64,000 nucleotides of DNA from the NCBI RefSeq assembly GCF_009914755.1, contig NC_060936.1, one strand, 5' to 3'. Source of the DNA: the human T2T-CHM13v2.0 reference genome, Homo sapiens. Positions 1 to 15,690 of this stretch are shown one piece after another. Every line of letters starts with the position of its first letter. The stretch's first letter is position 1. Made by a program: the position numbers and the translations under genes. The notes under the pieces are model-generated. The model saw only the letters and a program-made list of their open reading frames with translations. It ran no database searches and was not told where the DNA came from.

Positions 1-37
1 AGGTTACAAGTGACGCTGACCCTATGTGGTACTTAAA
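1..37 (+). CDS. POLR3B: POLR3B coding exon, 3' part only (probably exon 4): (K)VTSDADPMWYLK
   Basis: GTT ACA AGT GAC GCT GAC CCT ATG TGG TAC TTA AA|gtaagg; the phase-2 donor joins in frame to the exon at 2589; matches the RPC2 N-terminal sequence. Confidence 0.9.
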
Positions 38-135
38 GTAAGGAACCAACATTCTTAATTTGCTATGTGGGTTACATCTAACATTTTTTAAAGTGAGTGA
101 AGTTGCTATCAAAACTCTTTTAAAATCATTGTCTT

Positions 136-440
136 GGCCAGGCTCGGTGGCTTATGCCTGTAATACCAAGCACTTTGGGAGGCCGAGGTGGGCAAATCAC
201 CTGGGGTCAAGAGTTCGAGACCAGCCTGGCCAACATGGTGAAACCCTGTCTCTACTAAAAATACAAAATTAGCCAGGCGTGGTGGTGCACATCTGTAATT
301 CCAGATACTCAGGAGGCTGAGGCAGGAGAATCGCTTGAATCTGGGACGGGGAGATTTCAGTGAGCTGAGATTGTGCCACTGCACTCTATCTTTTACAGCA
401 GAGTGAGACTCTGACTCAAAAAAATAAAAAATGAAAAAAT
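136..440 (+). mobile_element. Alu (S-type), full length
   Basis: Alu dimer with A tail; TSD aaatcattgtctt at 123-135 and 441-453. Confidence 0.95.
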
Positions 441-549
441 AAATCATTGTCTTTTATTAACTATAAAGTGCTCAAATTAAATTTTTAACTGGCAAATTAT
501 AGTGAGCTATGGTTGGGAAAATTTTGAAACTATTAGGTTTTAAATATTT

Positions 550-2040
550 AAATTTTTATTTTGAAATAATGTTAAGCTTAAAAGAAAAATTGCAAAAGTA
601 GTACAAAGAATTCTTCAATATTTTTCACCAAGCCTTCACTGATATTAACATCTTACATAACCATAGCACAATGATCAAAACCAGGAAGTTAGCACAGATA
701 CGATGTTGTCTACTAATCTGTAGACCTTATTTGATGTTTTCTCACAAATGTCCTTTTTCTGGTGTAGGAATCAATCCAGAGCTCCGTGTTATGTTTAGTT
801 GTCTTGTATCCTTAGTCTCCTCAATCTTTCTTGGTCTTTCATGACATTGACACTTTTGAACAATCTAGTCAGTATTTGTAGAAGTTCCTTTAATTTGAGT
901 TTGTATGACGTCTGATTGGGTTATACATTTTTGGCAAGAATACCACAGAAGCAATGTTTTATGCTGTTCTCACTGATTCGTATTGGGGTTACAGATGCCA
1001 ATATATTTTATTACTAATGATTTTAACTTTGTTCACTTGATTAAGGTAGGATCTTCCAGATTTCTCCACTGAAAGGTTACTATTTTTCCTTTTGTAATTA
1101 ATAAGTATCTTATAGGGACATTCTTTGAGACTATGCAAATACCGTTTCTCATCATAATTTCACCAACAGTTTTAGCATACATTGATGATTCTTACCTATA
1201 ACAGTTATTATTGTGGGCTTATCTAATGGTGAACCTTTATTTCTATCATTCCTTCTGCAGTGATACTGGAATTCTGTACAGAATAGTTTCCTTTTCCCCT
1301 CACATATCTCTCTATATTAATTTATATCAATTTGGACTCATGGATGTTTTATTTTATTCTATGAGTACTATCATATATATATATCCAGTCCTGTCATTTT
1401 TCTGTTGTTCAGACTGTTTCAGCTTTGACCATAGGGAGACCCTTCAGATTGACTCTGGTGTCCTTTCAAGATGCCACCATTATTTTTTGAGCACTCCTTT
1501 GCTTTCTTGGACCGTAAGATATGGTTCATCTGGTATGCCCCCATCCCAGATTGGGAATCCAAGGAGCCCTAGAGTCTCCCTTTTATTGGAAAATAGTATT
1601 TAGATTCCAAGACATGGACACTAAGATTTCAGCAGGTAGAGCTCAGAAATATGTGTATGTATACGAACACATATGTGCAGACACATCTGTATTTCTTTAT
1701 CCTATCCATTTTTACATATATTAAAAACCATGCAGACTGATACCTCCAATTTCAGTTCGACACTGCAGGACTCATTCTAACCTTTTCCCTTTCCTTATTT
1801 AACTTTTATCCCAATAATGAGAAATCTGGCTCCCATTATCTGCAAAATTTAAAAAAAAATTTTTCAATCCTAGACTATAAATAAAGTTTCAGAATTATTA
1901 ACTCATACCTCTGAGAGATAAAATTTACTAGAGTGTAGGATTTGTGCACTGTCGTTTTTATCTTTAGCCTCTCAATGTCCAATCAAAATATTGTCTCCCA
2001 GGGTTACTTACATTAGTTCTTTTCTTTATTTTTTCAGTAT
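550..2040 (-). mobile_element. Old L1M (L1MC/MD-like) 3'-end fragments
   Basis: Resembles the antisense L1M 3' UTR (tttttattttgaaataat...gcaaaagtagtacaaagaattc); boundaries approximate. Confidence 0.55.
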
Positions 2041-2544
2041 GTGAGACATTATTATGGTTTAAGAGTTAGACTTGCACAAAAAAGTATATTCAGAAAATAG
2101 TTGTTCCACTTCCAGTTCTTTCCACCCTGTTCCCAGCCACTCTCCATAGGTAACCAATCTCATTAGTTTCCGCTTTATCCTTTTCATCCTTCTTTTGCAC
2201 AAATGAGCGTTTTTTTTTGTTTGTTTTTTTGTTTTGTTTGTTTTTGCCTTTATGGCCTCTTCTTTCTTTTGCAAATGATAGCATATCATCAGTACTCTTT
2301 GCACTTTGCTCTTTCATTAAGTATCATTTTTAGGGAGCTGTATTTCCAGTATTTTTGTAAAGAGATTTGTAATATTTTTTAAAAGATACTTTGATAATAT
2401 TTCCCTCCTTTGTAAAGCTATATGTACTATCACTTCAAGAAGATCTCCAATTTTAATATTTAATTTGTCATCCTTACCAAGATAAGCATTTATCAAAACA
2501 TAATCTTTGTATTTGGAAGGAAAATAGCTTGTTTGCTTTTATGA

Positions 2545-2733
<189 letters not shown>

Positions 2734-2791
2734 TAAAAGATCATTTAAAAATGGGATGGGGGGGGACATTCTTTGGAGAAAAAGGGATTAA

Positions 2792-2998
<207 letters not shown>

Positions 2999-3930
2999 TG
3001 AGAAATGAAATCCGTATTAGAGCCACACTGCCTGGATTCCAGCCCCATGATGTGATCCCATTTCCTCATCTGAAAAATGCAGGAAATGCTGCCTATTTCA
3101 TAGGTCCAATGAGTCAGCATGTGTAAAGCACTTAGAATAATGTCCAGCACATAGTCGTGGTTGTTACTATTTATTAATTGTGAAACCTTTTCTAAGAAGT
3201 TGAGGAAAATGTTTCCCTTTCCTACTATAACTCTGAGCTGCTAGGGAACCACTAGATACAATAGCCTTTCAGTGAACTCTCCTGGACAGGTCTTCTTGGT
3301 GGATAGGTATATTCTGAGATTGAGTTTTCCTGGAATTTAACTTTTTCTCATCTACAAGTATTTAAGGGAGAAGTTACTTATTTGCCTGGTACAAGTTTGG
3401 AAATGATAGCATCCACTTGCGTTTTTGCAATCTGCCCTTCCTGATTAGGGAAATATATTGACTCTCCTTTAGAAATGGACAAAACCCACAATATTGTGTG
3501 GTCAATAATGGTACTAGACTTTAAACTCAGTCCACATAATTTCTGTTCAAGTGTTTTTCCCCCTCTCAAAAGTGCTAAGAGCACTTTGAACAAACATCCA
3601 TTTGTTCAATAAATATATACCAACTGCCTATCACTTCTTATGTATGATGCTGAGTACTTAGGTGAGTAAAAGATATACAAAATACAGTTCCTATTGGCTA
3701 CCTTCATTCACAGCTATCAGGGAAGACAGGCATATGTAATTATGGCACCATTTGGTAAGGGGTCTAGAAGTCCAGATTTTTATGGAAACATGCAGGTTTA
3801 ACAAATCCTCCTATACTTCCCTCAAAGGAAGGGGTAATTTGTATTGTTTCTCTCCTTAGTCTTCACTTAGAAAAATAAGTAAGATATTAAAATGTTCATC
3901 TTGGTTTTAGCAGGACTGTTTATCAGTGTT

Positions 3931-4245
3931 TTTTTTGTTTTATTGTTTTTTTTTTTTTTTTTTGAGACAGAGTCTTACTCTGTTACCCAGGCTGGAGTGC
4001 AGTGGCATGATGTTGGCTCACTGCAACCTCTGCCTCCCGGGTTCAAGTAGTTCTCTAGCCTCAGCCTCCTGAGTAGCTGGGATTATAGGCGTGTGCCACC
4101 ACACTCAGCTAATTTTTGTATTTTTTGTAGAGATGGGGTTTTGCCATGTTGGTCAGGCTAGTCTTGAACTCCTGACCTCAGGTGATCCGCCCGCCTTGGA
4201 CTCTCAGAGTGCTGGGATTACAGGCGTGAGCCACCGCGCCTGGCC
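3931..4245 (-). mobile_element. Alu, antisense
   Basis: Poly-T followed by reverse Alu; TSD tatcagtgtt at 3921-3930 and 4246-4255. Confidence 0.95.
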
Positions 4246-4431
4246 TATCAGTGTTAAGGTGAGAACTTCTTTCTTTCTTGTATATGGACCATACTTGTGT
4301 CCAGTTAAATTTTGGACCATAGCTAAATTATGAACTAGATTGACTATTGTGAAGGAAAGGCAAGAGAGACTGGAGGAAAACATAAATTCATAAGATTGAG
4401 GGTTTAAATCCTGGTTTAAAGAGGGAGCATG

Positions 4432-5276
4432 AGTGGGCGAAGGACATGAACAGACACTTCTCAAAAGAAGACATTTATGCAGCCAAAAAACACATGAAAA
4501 AATGCTCACCATCACTGGCTATCAGAGAAATGCAAATCAAAACCACAATGAGATACCATCTCACATGAGTTAGAATGGCAATCATTAAAAAGTCAGGAAA
4601 CAACAGGTGCTGGAGAGGATGTGGAGAAATAGGAACACATTTACTCTGTTGGTGGGACTGTAAACTAGTTCAATCATTGTGGAAGTCAGTGTGGCGATTC
4701 CTCAGGGATCTAGAACTAGAAATACCATTTGACCCAGCCATCCCATTACTGGGTATATACCCAAAGGACTATAAATCATGCTGCTATAAAGACACATGCA
4801 CACGTATGTTTATTGTGGCACTATTTACAATAGCAAAGACTTGGAACCAACCCAAATGTCCAACAATGATAGACTGGATTAAGAAAATGTGGCACATATA
4901 CACCATGGAATACTATGCAGCCATAAAAAATGATGAGTTCATGTCCTTTGTAGGGACATGGATGAAGCTGGAAACCATCATTCTCAGCAAACTATCACAA
5001 GGACAAAAAACCAAACACCGTATATTCTCACTCATAGGTGGGAATTGAACAATGAGAACACATGGACACACGAAGGGGAACATCATACTCTGGGAACTGT
5101 TGTGGGGTTGGGGGAGGGGGGTGGGATAGCTTTAGGAGATATACCTAATGCTAAATGACGAGTTAATGGGTGCAGCACACCAGCATGGCACATGTATACA
5201 TATGTAACTAACCTGCACGTTGTGCACATGTACCCTAAAACTTAAAGTATAATAATAATAAAATAAAATAAAATAA
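4432..5276 (+). mobile_element. 5'-truncated L1PA (about L1PA3/4): ORF2 C-terminus + 3' UTR + A tail, sense to POLR3B
   Basis: ORF 4575..5048 is the L1 ORF2 cysteine-rich C-terminus; G-rich 3' UTR and AATAAA tail; TSD aaagaggg(a/g)gcatg at 4418-4431 and 5277-5290, at a ttt|aaa endonuclease site. Confidence 0.95.
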
Positions 5277-5627
5277 AAAGAGGGGGCATGTAACTAGCAT
5301 TTGTTGAATACCTGCTATGTGCCATACTATGATAGGCAATGTTGTTTGTTAGCTCCGCATTCATAAAAATGACCTCTAGTCATTAGAATGCTTATATGTG
5401 CTATGCATTACCTAAATTACATATATAATCTCATTTATTTTTTGGAGTAAAAAGATTTTAGTTTAATCCAAATTATATTTGTACTTGGTTAGAAATCAAA
5501 CAGTACATAAAAACATTTGATTCAAAACAGTAACCTCCCTCCTTCTCTCCCCTTCCTCACCTTTCGTCCCATTCCCAACTTCATAACTATTTCTGTTATT
5601 TTTTTCTGGGGGTTATTACATCCATAA

Positions 5628-5981
<354 letters not shown>

Positions 5982-6259
5982 TGACCTCTATTTCTTAATA
6001 CATTAACTGTAGACATTATTTTTTCCCTCCTGATATACGGGATGTGGCTTAGCTTACCTGTGTCACCCACTTTGCTTCTCCCTTCGTCTTCCAATTTTTC
6101 CTTCTTGTTTTTAATTATCTTTTTGGTTACTGTAGTAACTGAAATATTCTTATATCTTCATGTCATATTACATAACTTTAGTCAGTATGTTCATTTCCCT
6201 TGGTATAAAATGAGAATATTCTTATTTCTATCTTCCCATTACGATTTCCCTTTTAACGT

Positions 6260-6780
6260 GAGTTATTTAGAAGACTTAAGATTTCCCAATTGGTGCTTTA
6301 TGTCAATTTTTGGAACTTTGTAGAGACCTGTTTCTATAAATGTTTCATGTTTATTTGGAAACAAGAGGTATTCTCCAGTTGTTTTGTGCCATTGTCTGTG
6401 TATTTCCTTCAGATCAGACTTGTTAATTGTGTTGTTTAGACGTTTTGTATCAGCATTGCTTTTTGATTTGTTTGTTCTATCAATTACTACAATAGGTATG
6501 TTAAAATCTCCCACTATGATGGTGGATTTTTCCATTTTCCTTATGGTTTTGTGTATTTTTGCTTTTTTGAAGCTATGATATTAGGTGCATAGAAGTTTAG
6601 AATTGTTAAATCTTGCTAGTAAACTGAACCTTTGATGATTGTACATTTATCTTCTTTATCTCTTATAATATTCTTTGCCTTGAATCTTATTTTGTCTGCT
6701 CTTAGCATAGCTACATTTGCTTTCTTTTGGTTATATTTCTGGCATATCATTAAAAAAATTATTGTCTGTTTAATCTTTTA
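6260..6780 (-). mobile_element. Ancient L1M ORF2 endonuclease-domain remnant
   Basis: ORF 6263..6535 (-) contains TIIVGDFNIP...IDR...LNNTIN, homologous to the L1 EN motif IIMGDFNTP. Confidence 0.8.
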
Positions 6781-7105
<325 letters not shown>

Positions 7106-7524
7106 TTAGTTGAAGTAAACTGCATATGGTTAGATTTTTTAAAAAATTGTCTTGAGAATGTAGTTTATTTTTATTTGTTTTATATACATACATATATGCA
7201 TATATATTGGAGTGTATATCTGTCAACTTATTCTATATTTTAAAACTGTCTAGCTTTTCATGTTTCAGGTTTTTTTCCATTTTTCTTTTTGGATAATGGA
7301 AGATTTTTTTTTTCTCACCCTTCCCCAACTGATTTAAAAGTCATATACAGTATTTCTGATTGTTTATGTTTACCTTAGAAATTTTGAAATGCATACTTAA
7401 CAAAGTTTGAAAATAAAAAATACCTTTATTCTCTTCCTGGCAACAAAGACCTTAGAAAGCTTTAACTTGGATCAAATCAATCACTTTGACTTACATGCTT
7501 TTGTTGTACCCAATTTTTGTTCTA

Positions 7525-8128
<604 letters not shown>

Positions 8129-9164
8129 TCCTTGGCATGTTTTTTTCACCTATAAATTAGAAATTGTTATTGTCTTATGAAGTTCGCATTTGTTTATATC
8201 CACACACATTAGTTTCCATTTTCTTTGCTCACCATACATTTTTACACGTCAGACTTTTGGTTAGTGTTTATTTTCCGTCTTCCTGAAGATGAATTTTTTT
8301 TAGAAATTTATTTAGTGAGGGCCTATTAGTACATTAGTAACTTCTCTCAGTTTTTGTCTGAAAATATCTTTATGTTGACCTCATTCTGAGTGAATACGTA
8401 GCAGAATACACAAATCGAGGTTGGCAGTTATTTTCTCTTCAAGCACATTGGTTGTGTGCTTGACACACACTTCGAGCACACTGCTCTGTGTCATTGGTTG
8501 TTGTGAAGTTATTGTGCATCCAGTCATCCTTCCCTTTTTGGTAGCCTCTCTTTTTTTCTGGCTGGGTTTTAAACCTTATCTCTAATTTTGGTGTTTAGTA
8601 TCTTGACTGTGATCTGCTTAGGTGTAGCTTTCTTTTTATCTTGTGCAGATGTTACCGTGAGGATTTATGGCTTTCATATGTCTTTAAAAATTTATGGCTC
8701 TTATCTCTTTGAATAGGACTTCTCACCTATTCTGTGTATTTTCGCCATCTAGAAGTCTGATTAGGTGTTGATTAGTCGCTCTCTCTCTATCCTTCCCTGA
8801 CTCTTAAACTCTCTTTCATATCTTCCATCTCTACGTCTTTCTGAAATTCATTCTCAGTAATTTCTTCAGATGTCTTTTCCAGCCCAGTAATTATATCTTC
8901 AGCAGTATCAAAGCTATTATTATCCAACCTATTTCTACATTTTTAAGTTAGTGCTTAAAATTTCCATTTCTAGTACATTTTGCTCAGTTCTTTTTCCAGA
9001 CTGCCTGGTTAGTTTTCATAGCCTCTTGTTCCTTACACTTGGATGCATTGTGCTATTGCCAAGTAACTGATGAGAATCACTTTGTCTTCCATGAAGGAAG
9101 TGTTGCTGTCATTTCTGACTCTCACTAAAGCCTGTATGCAAAGTTTAAACCAAACATTTGAGTT

Positions 9165-9495
<331 letters not shown>

Positions 9496-9630
9496 TGAGA
9501 AAATACTTCATTTTGCTTGGCTTCCATGTAATTGCTATTTCTCTGCCTTTTCTAACATGGTGCATAGATAGACCCTTAGTGAGGTGGTGTGCACTGCATG
9601 TTTTGTATTTTTTGCAGCTTTTATCATTGA

Positions 9631-9828
<198 letters not shown>

Positions 9829-9930
9829 TAACATTTTGTCTCAAAAACAGTACCAGCTTTTCTACTTTATAATGAACTTGTTCACAAAACACCCAGAAAT
9901 TTGTCTCTAGCTTTATGCTACTAGTCTGTA

Positions 9931-10215
<285 letters not shown>

Positions 10216-11127
10216 CTATTAGTCTATATTTCTCAAAGACATACTGTTTCCTCTTTTATTTCAGGCTTAAGACTTTAATATGACACATTCTTGTTTATTG
10301 CCATGATTTGTCAGTCTTTTCTTTCTATCTTTGCCCACGAGTTTCTTTTGGTATGCCTAAAAATTCAAGAATAATCTTCCAGAGTTACTGGCCTTGCCTG
10401 GTTGAAAAAAATCAAGTATCACACTTCAGGGTGTTTTAAATGCAGTAAAGCAGTAGGGAGATGAAAGTATTTTTTTGTTTACATTTTTAAAAATTTTATT
10501 TTTGTACCTATTTCTAGGCAATTTCTTTTGTAAAATTTCAAACTTAGAACTTAACAAAAAGTTTCTCTTAGTTCTTTAACTCGTATTTCACATTGATTTA
10601 TTTGAACTTATAGTTGCTTTAATCTTATTCCTGTAAAGTTGCATTGTTTTAGAATCCCAGAAGTTTTGGAAAGAAGTTAATGAAGAATGTGACTTTACTA
10701 GACTATAACAGAATGTTGCATAAGTCAAATATGTTGTATTGTTTTTGCTTATATTCTGCAGGTATAAAATGAAGTATTACTTTATCCTACTCTGAATTGT
10801 GTGCAAAAAAAATACATGATGATGCATGAGTTTTTTTGAATATGGAATATTATTTTGGAAACCTAATCTTAATCTACCATTACCACTGATTTGTTAGAAA
10901 ACTTAGAGTAAATTTGAGCTTATATTGAAAATTGTCAGTTACACTTGTACTTAAGAGCTCTGACAACTAATTTATTTAACTATTTTTTTCATTCACTTTT
11001 TACATATGTCAGGGGCGGGTGATTCATAGACCAATAAGATATATTTCCTGTCCTCAAGAAATTTTTTATCTTGTAGCTCATTTGTATAAAATCACGTGCT
11101 GATCTTCAGTCCATAAAACAATATCAG

Positions 11128-11433
11128 ATGGGCGCAATGGCTCTTGCCTGTAATCCCAGTGCACTGAGAGGCTGAGGCGGGAGGATGGCTTAAGACAGGG
11201 AGTCAGCCTGAGAAGCATAGTGAGACCCTGTTGTTACAAAAAATTTAAAAATTAGCTACGTGTGGTGGCACATGCCTCTAGTCCTAGCTACTCGGGAGAC
11301 TGGGGCGGGCGAATCACTTGAGGTTAGCAGTCCGAGGTTGCAGTGAGCTATGATTGTGCCACTGCACTCCAGCCTCGGCGACAAAGGGAGATCCTTTCTC
11401 AAAAAATAAAATAAAATAAAATAAAAAATAAAA
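11128..11433 (+). mobile_element. AluJ-like
   Basis: Diverged Alu dimer with (AAAAT)n tail. Confidence 0.9.
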
Positions 11434-11554
11434 TCAGCAACCCCTTTGAATCAAGTGTTAGCCAGTGCCATGAAGCAGTAGTAGAAAAGGTAATCTCTGA
11501 TTCACAAGATTCCTGCCATTACTAAATCAACACTGGTTGAGGAATAAATGATGA

Positions 11555-11722
<168 letters not shown>

Positions 11723-13305
11723 TAAGCAATATTGGTCATTCCATTAGTCCTAAATGGCTATGTTTCAATACAGAGGGAGCCAGTTATTACCCTCTAAAAG
11801 CAGGCATTGTAATATTTAAGCTATCTGCATTCAATTTATTATGAAAGTCTGGAAGCATAGGGTACTGATTTTAAAATTTCAGTGATGGGAGTCTGAGACA
11901 TTGTTTGAAAAGTCACTGTTTAAGCTGAATTTTATGTTAGCTTATAGAGCATGAAAGGAGATTTAAAAAAAAAAAAATAAAACCACTCTTCAGTTTTTCA
12001 CACTCCTTTTCAGCCTTTTATGCTCCTTTTCAGCCTTTTACCATTTACATGTGTATTCCTGCATCAGTATGATCAGGGACTATTTGACACTTAATATTGA
12101 ATGACCTGTATCATGGACTTAACACCCTATTGTTAGTTTTCTAGACCAGCCTCTTTCACAGTGTATTCATTTTTACTACAGTCTCCCTTTCGAGGCTTCT
12201 GTAACTTCTTTTTATTTTCACGTGTAATTTGAAATATGGAGGTTAATGAGTTCTGGGAATAGAAAGATTTGTGGCATAGATAAGATGTGAGAGTGCGGTA
12301 GTTTCCTGTTTGATAACCTACAACGAACTGATTAACTCAGAATTTCTGTACTTTTCTTTCTGATGGAGAGGCAGCTAACAGTAATGGTCATTCATGGAGT
12401 ACTTACTAGGAGCCAGGCAAAATACTAGGTATATTATTTGTCACCTCAGTCCTCCAAGATAAGTGGTACTATTAACATCTCCATTTTACAACTAACAGGC
12501 CTTAAGCTCAGGGGTACCTTGACTGTAAGAGGTAGATAGCCTTTGAACCCAGATACGGTTAATTTTACAATCCATGTCTTCCCACTATCTGTAACTTTGG
12601 AGCCAAGGCAATTTGAATTTGAATCCTAAAGCTTTGTTTTCTAGTTATGAGGCACTGGAATGTGCAGTTACTTAGCTTCTCTAAGCCTTGGTTTCCTCAT
12701 AAGTGATTTTGAGACAATACTTCAGTTTGACTATGTAGAAGATTAGAGCTAATGTAAGTAACATGGGTAACAATGCGTAGTAGCAGGTAATCTGTGTGTG
12801 TTACTAATGTGGTTGATTAGAGCTTTTAAAATGCTTTGAAATCCATTAGGAATTTTATAACTAACACAGATACCAACAGAAGGATATTCCTTTCTTTTGG
12901 CTTTACTATATACCAAGACTGTGGGTATATTTTGTTGAATTACTAGTTTAAAAACTCGTATATAAATTCATTTCTTTTTAATTTCCTCATTATGTTTAAG
13001 GCCCATATATAAAATTGGCCTTGTATATATGCTCTACACTGGATCAAAGTAATTCAAGGTAGAGTCAAAGTGAAGTTGGTCAGAAAGTAATTGTCACTCA
13101 TTCACACACAGAACTTCCATCATAATCTCAAAGTCAAAGAAAAATTTATAGTGTTTTTAAATGTTCACTGAAGTGGCAGCAGGGCAGGAAAGGAATTGTC
13201 TTTTTAAAGTACTTATTAGAAAGGACCTTGTGATTGTTGTTGATCAGTTGACCCTTATTGATTAATGATCATTGCTATTATTGCATGTTACTAGCTTGAA
13301 ACTAA

Positions 13306-13548
<243 letters not shown>

Positions 13549-13579
13549 TAGAAAGATTTGTGATGTAAGTTGTCAGTCA

Positions 13580-14078
<499 letters not shown>

Positions 14079-14579
14079 CAGCTTATTTGTGAATTGTTGG
14101 CCTAGAACCCAAAAGACATTTTCCATAGAAACAATATTGAAATGGTATAGTCTTCTCAGATACAGGCATACTTCGGAGATATTGCTGGTTTTGTTCCAGA
14201 CCACCACAATAAAGCTAATATCACAGTAAAGTGAGTCACACAAATATGTTAGTTTCCCAGTGCATACAAAAGTTATATGTATACTATACTGTAGTCTGTT
14301 AAGTGTGCAATAGCGTTATGTATAAAAAATATATGCCTCAATTAAAATATACTTTATTGCTAAAAAATTCTAACAATTATCTGAGTCATAATCTTTCAGT
14401 GAGTTATAGTCTTTTTACTGGTAGAGGGTCTTACCTCAGTGTTGGTGGCTACTGACTAATCAGAGTGGTGGTTGCTGAAGGTGGCTGTGGCATTTTCTTA
14501 AAATAAGACATCAGTGAAGTTTACCACAGCTATTGACTCTTCCTTCATGAAAGATTTCTCTGTAGCACACAATGTTGTT

Positions 14580-14675
14580 TGATAGCATTTTACCCACAGT
14601 AGAACTTCTTTCAAAAATTGGAGTCAGTGATAGCATTTTACCCACAGTAGAACTTCTTTCAAAAATTGGAGTCAG
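14580..14675 (+). repeat. Perfect 2 x 48-bp tandem duplication inside Tigger1
   Basis: tgatagcattttacccacagtagaacttctttcaaaaattggagtcag twice; ORF 14511..14705 shows a repeated 16-aa unit. Confidence 0.97.
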
Positions 14676-15054
14676 TTGTCTTAAACCCAGTTGCTGCTTT
14701 ATCAATGAAGTTTACATAATATTCTACATCCTTTTTTGTTATTTCAACAATGTATACAGCCTCTTCACCAGGATTAGATTCCATTTCAAGAAATCACTTT
14801 TTCTGCTCATCCTTAGGAAGCAACCCCTCACCCATTCAAGTTATATCATGAGATTACACCAATTCAGTCACATCTTCAGGCTCCACTTCTACTTCTAGTT
14901 CTCTTGCTATTCCCACCACATCTGCAGCTACTTTCTTCATTAAAGTCTTAAACCCCTCAAAATCATCCTTGAGGATGGGAATCAGCTTCTTGCAAACTCT
15001 TGTTGATGTTGGTATTTTGACCTCTTCTCATGAATCACAGATATACAAACATTC

Positions 15055-15690
15055 TTTTTTTTAAAGTGAAAGCAAGTTTATAAGAAAGTAAAGAAACAAA
15101 AGAATGGCTACTCCATAGGCACAGCAGCCCCAAGGGCTGGTGGTTGCCCATTTTAATGGTTATTTCTTGATTATATGCTAAAGAAGGGGTGGATTATTCA
15201 TGAGTTTTCTGGGAAAGGGGTGGGGAGTTCCCTCCTCCTTTTAGACCATATAGGGTAACTTCCTGACGTTGCCATGGCACTTGTAAACTGTCACTGCGCT
15301 AGTAGGAGTGTGAGGATGACCAGAGGTCACTCTCATCACCATCTTGGTTTTGGTGGGTTTTGGCTGGCTTCCTTACTGCAGTCTGTTTTATCAGCAAGGT
15401 CTTTATGACCTGTATCTTGTGCCAACCTCCTATCTCGTCCTGTGACTAAGAATGCCTTAACCTCCTTGGAATGCAGCCCAGTAGGTCTCAGCCTTATTTT
15501 ACCCAGCCCCTCTTCAAGAGGGAGTCACTGTGGGTCGAACACCTCTGACATATTTTCCCCCTTCCCTTTTATAAGACAACCCTAGTCCTAAGGTTTATAG
15601 AAGGATGAAGCTCCATCTTCCATAACTTCTTCAGGCTGAATAGGAATGATGATATTCCTGCCTAACTATTAGGGTCTCTTGTATTCAAGG
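15055..15690 (-). mobile_element. MER41B-like ERV1 fragment: 3' internal sequence + polypurine tract + LTR U3-R + short poly(A)
   Basis: LTR start TGTCAGAGG on the - strand at 15550; PPT (+ strand ttttcccccttccc, about 15553-15566); LTR stops about 14 nt after the poly(A) signal, at T8 (15055-15062); flanked by gaatcacagatat at 15032-15044 and 15691-15703. Confidence 0.88.
15207..15215. promoter_or_regulatory. GAS (STAT-binding) motif TTCTGGGAA / TTCCCAGAA in the MER41B LTR
   Basis: Exact TTC-N3-GAA at the position of the MER41B GAS sites; binding not demonstrated. Confidence 0.55.

Noticed and set aside
12003-12040. 20-bp-period duplication ctccttttcagcctttta; a similar 16-bp one lies at about 61104-61133
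   Set aside because: Trivial slippage duplications with no sign of function.
14580-14675. Direct repeats as a CRISPR-like array
   Set aside because: Only two abutting copies with no spacers, in a eukaryotic intron.
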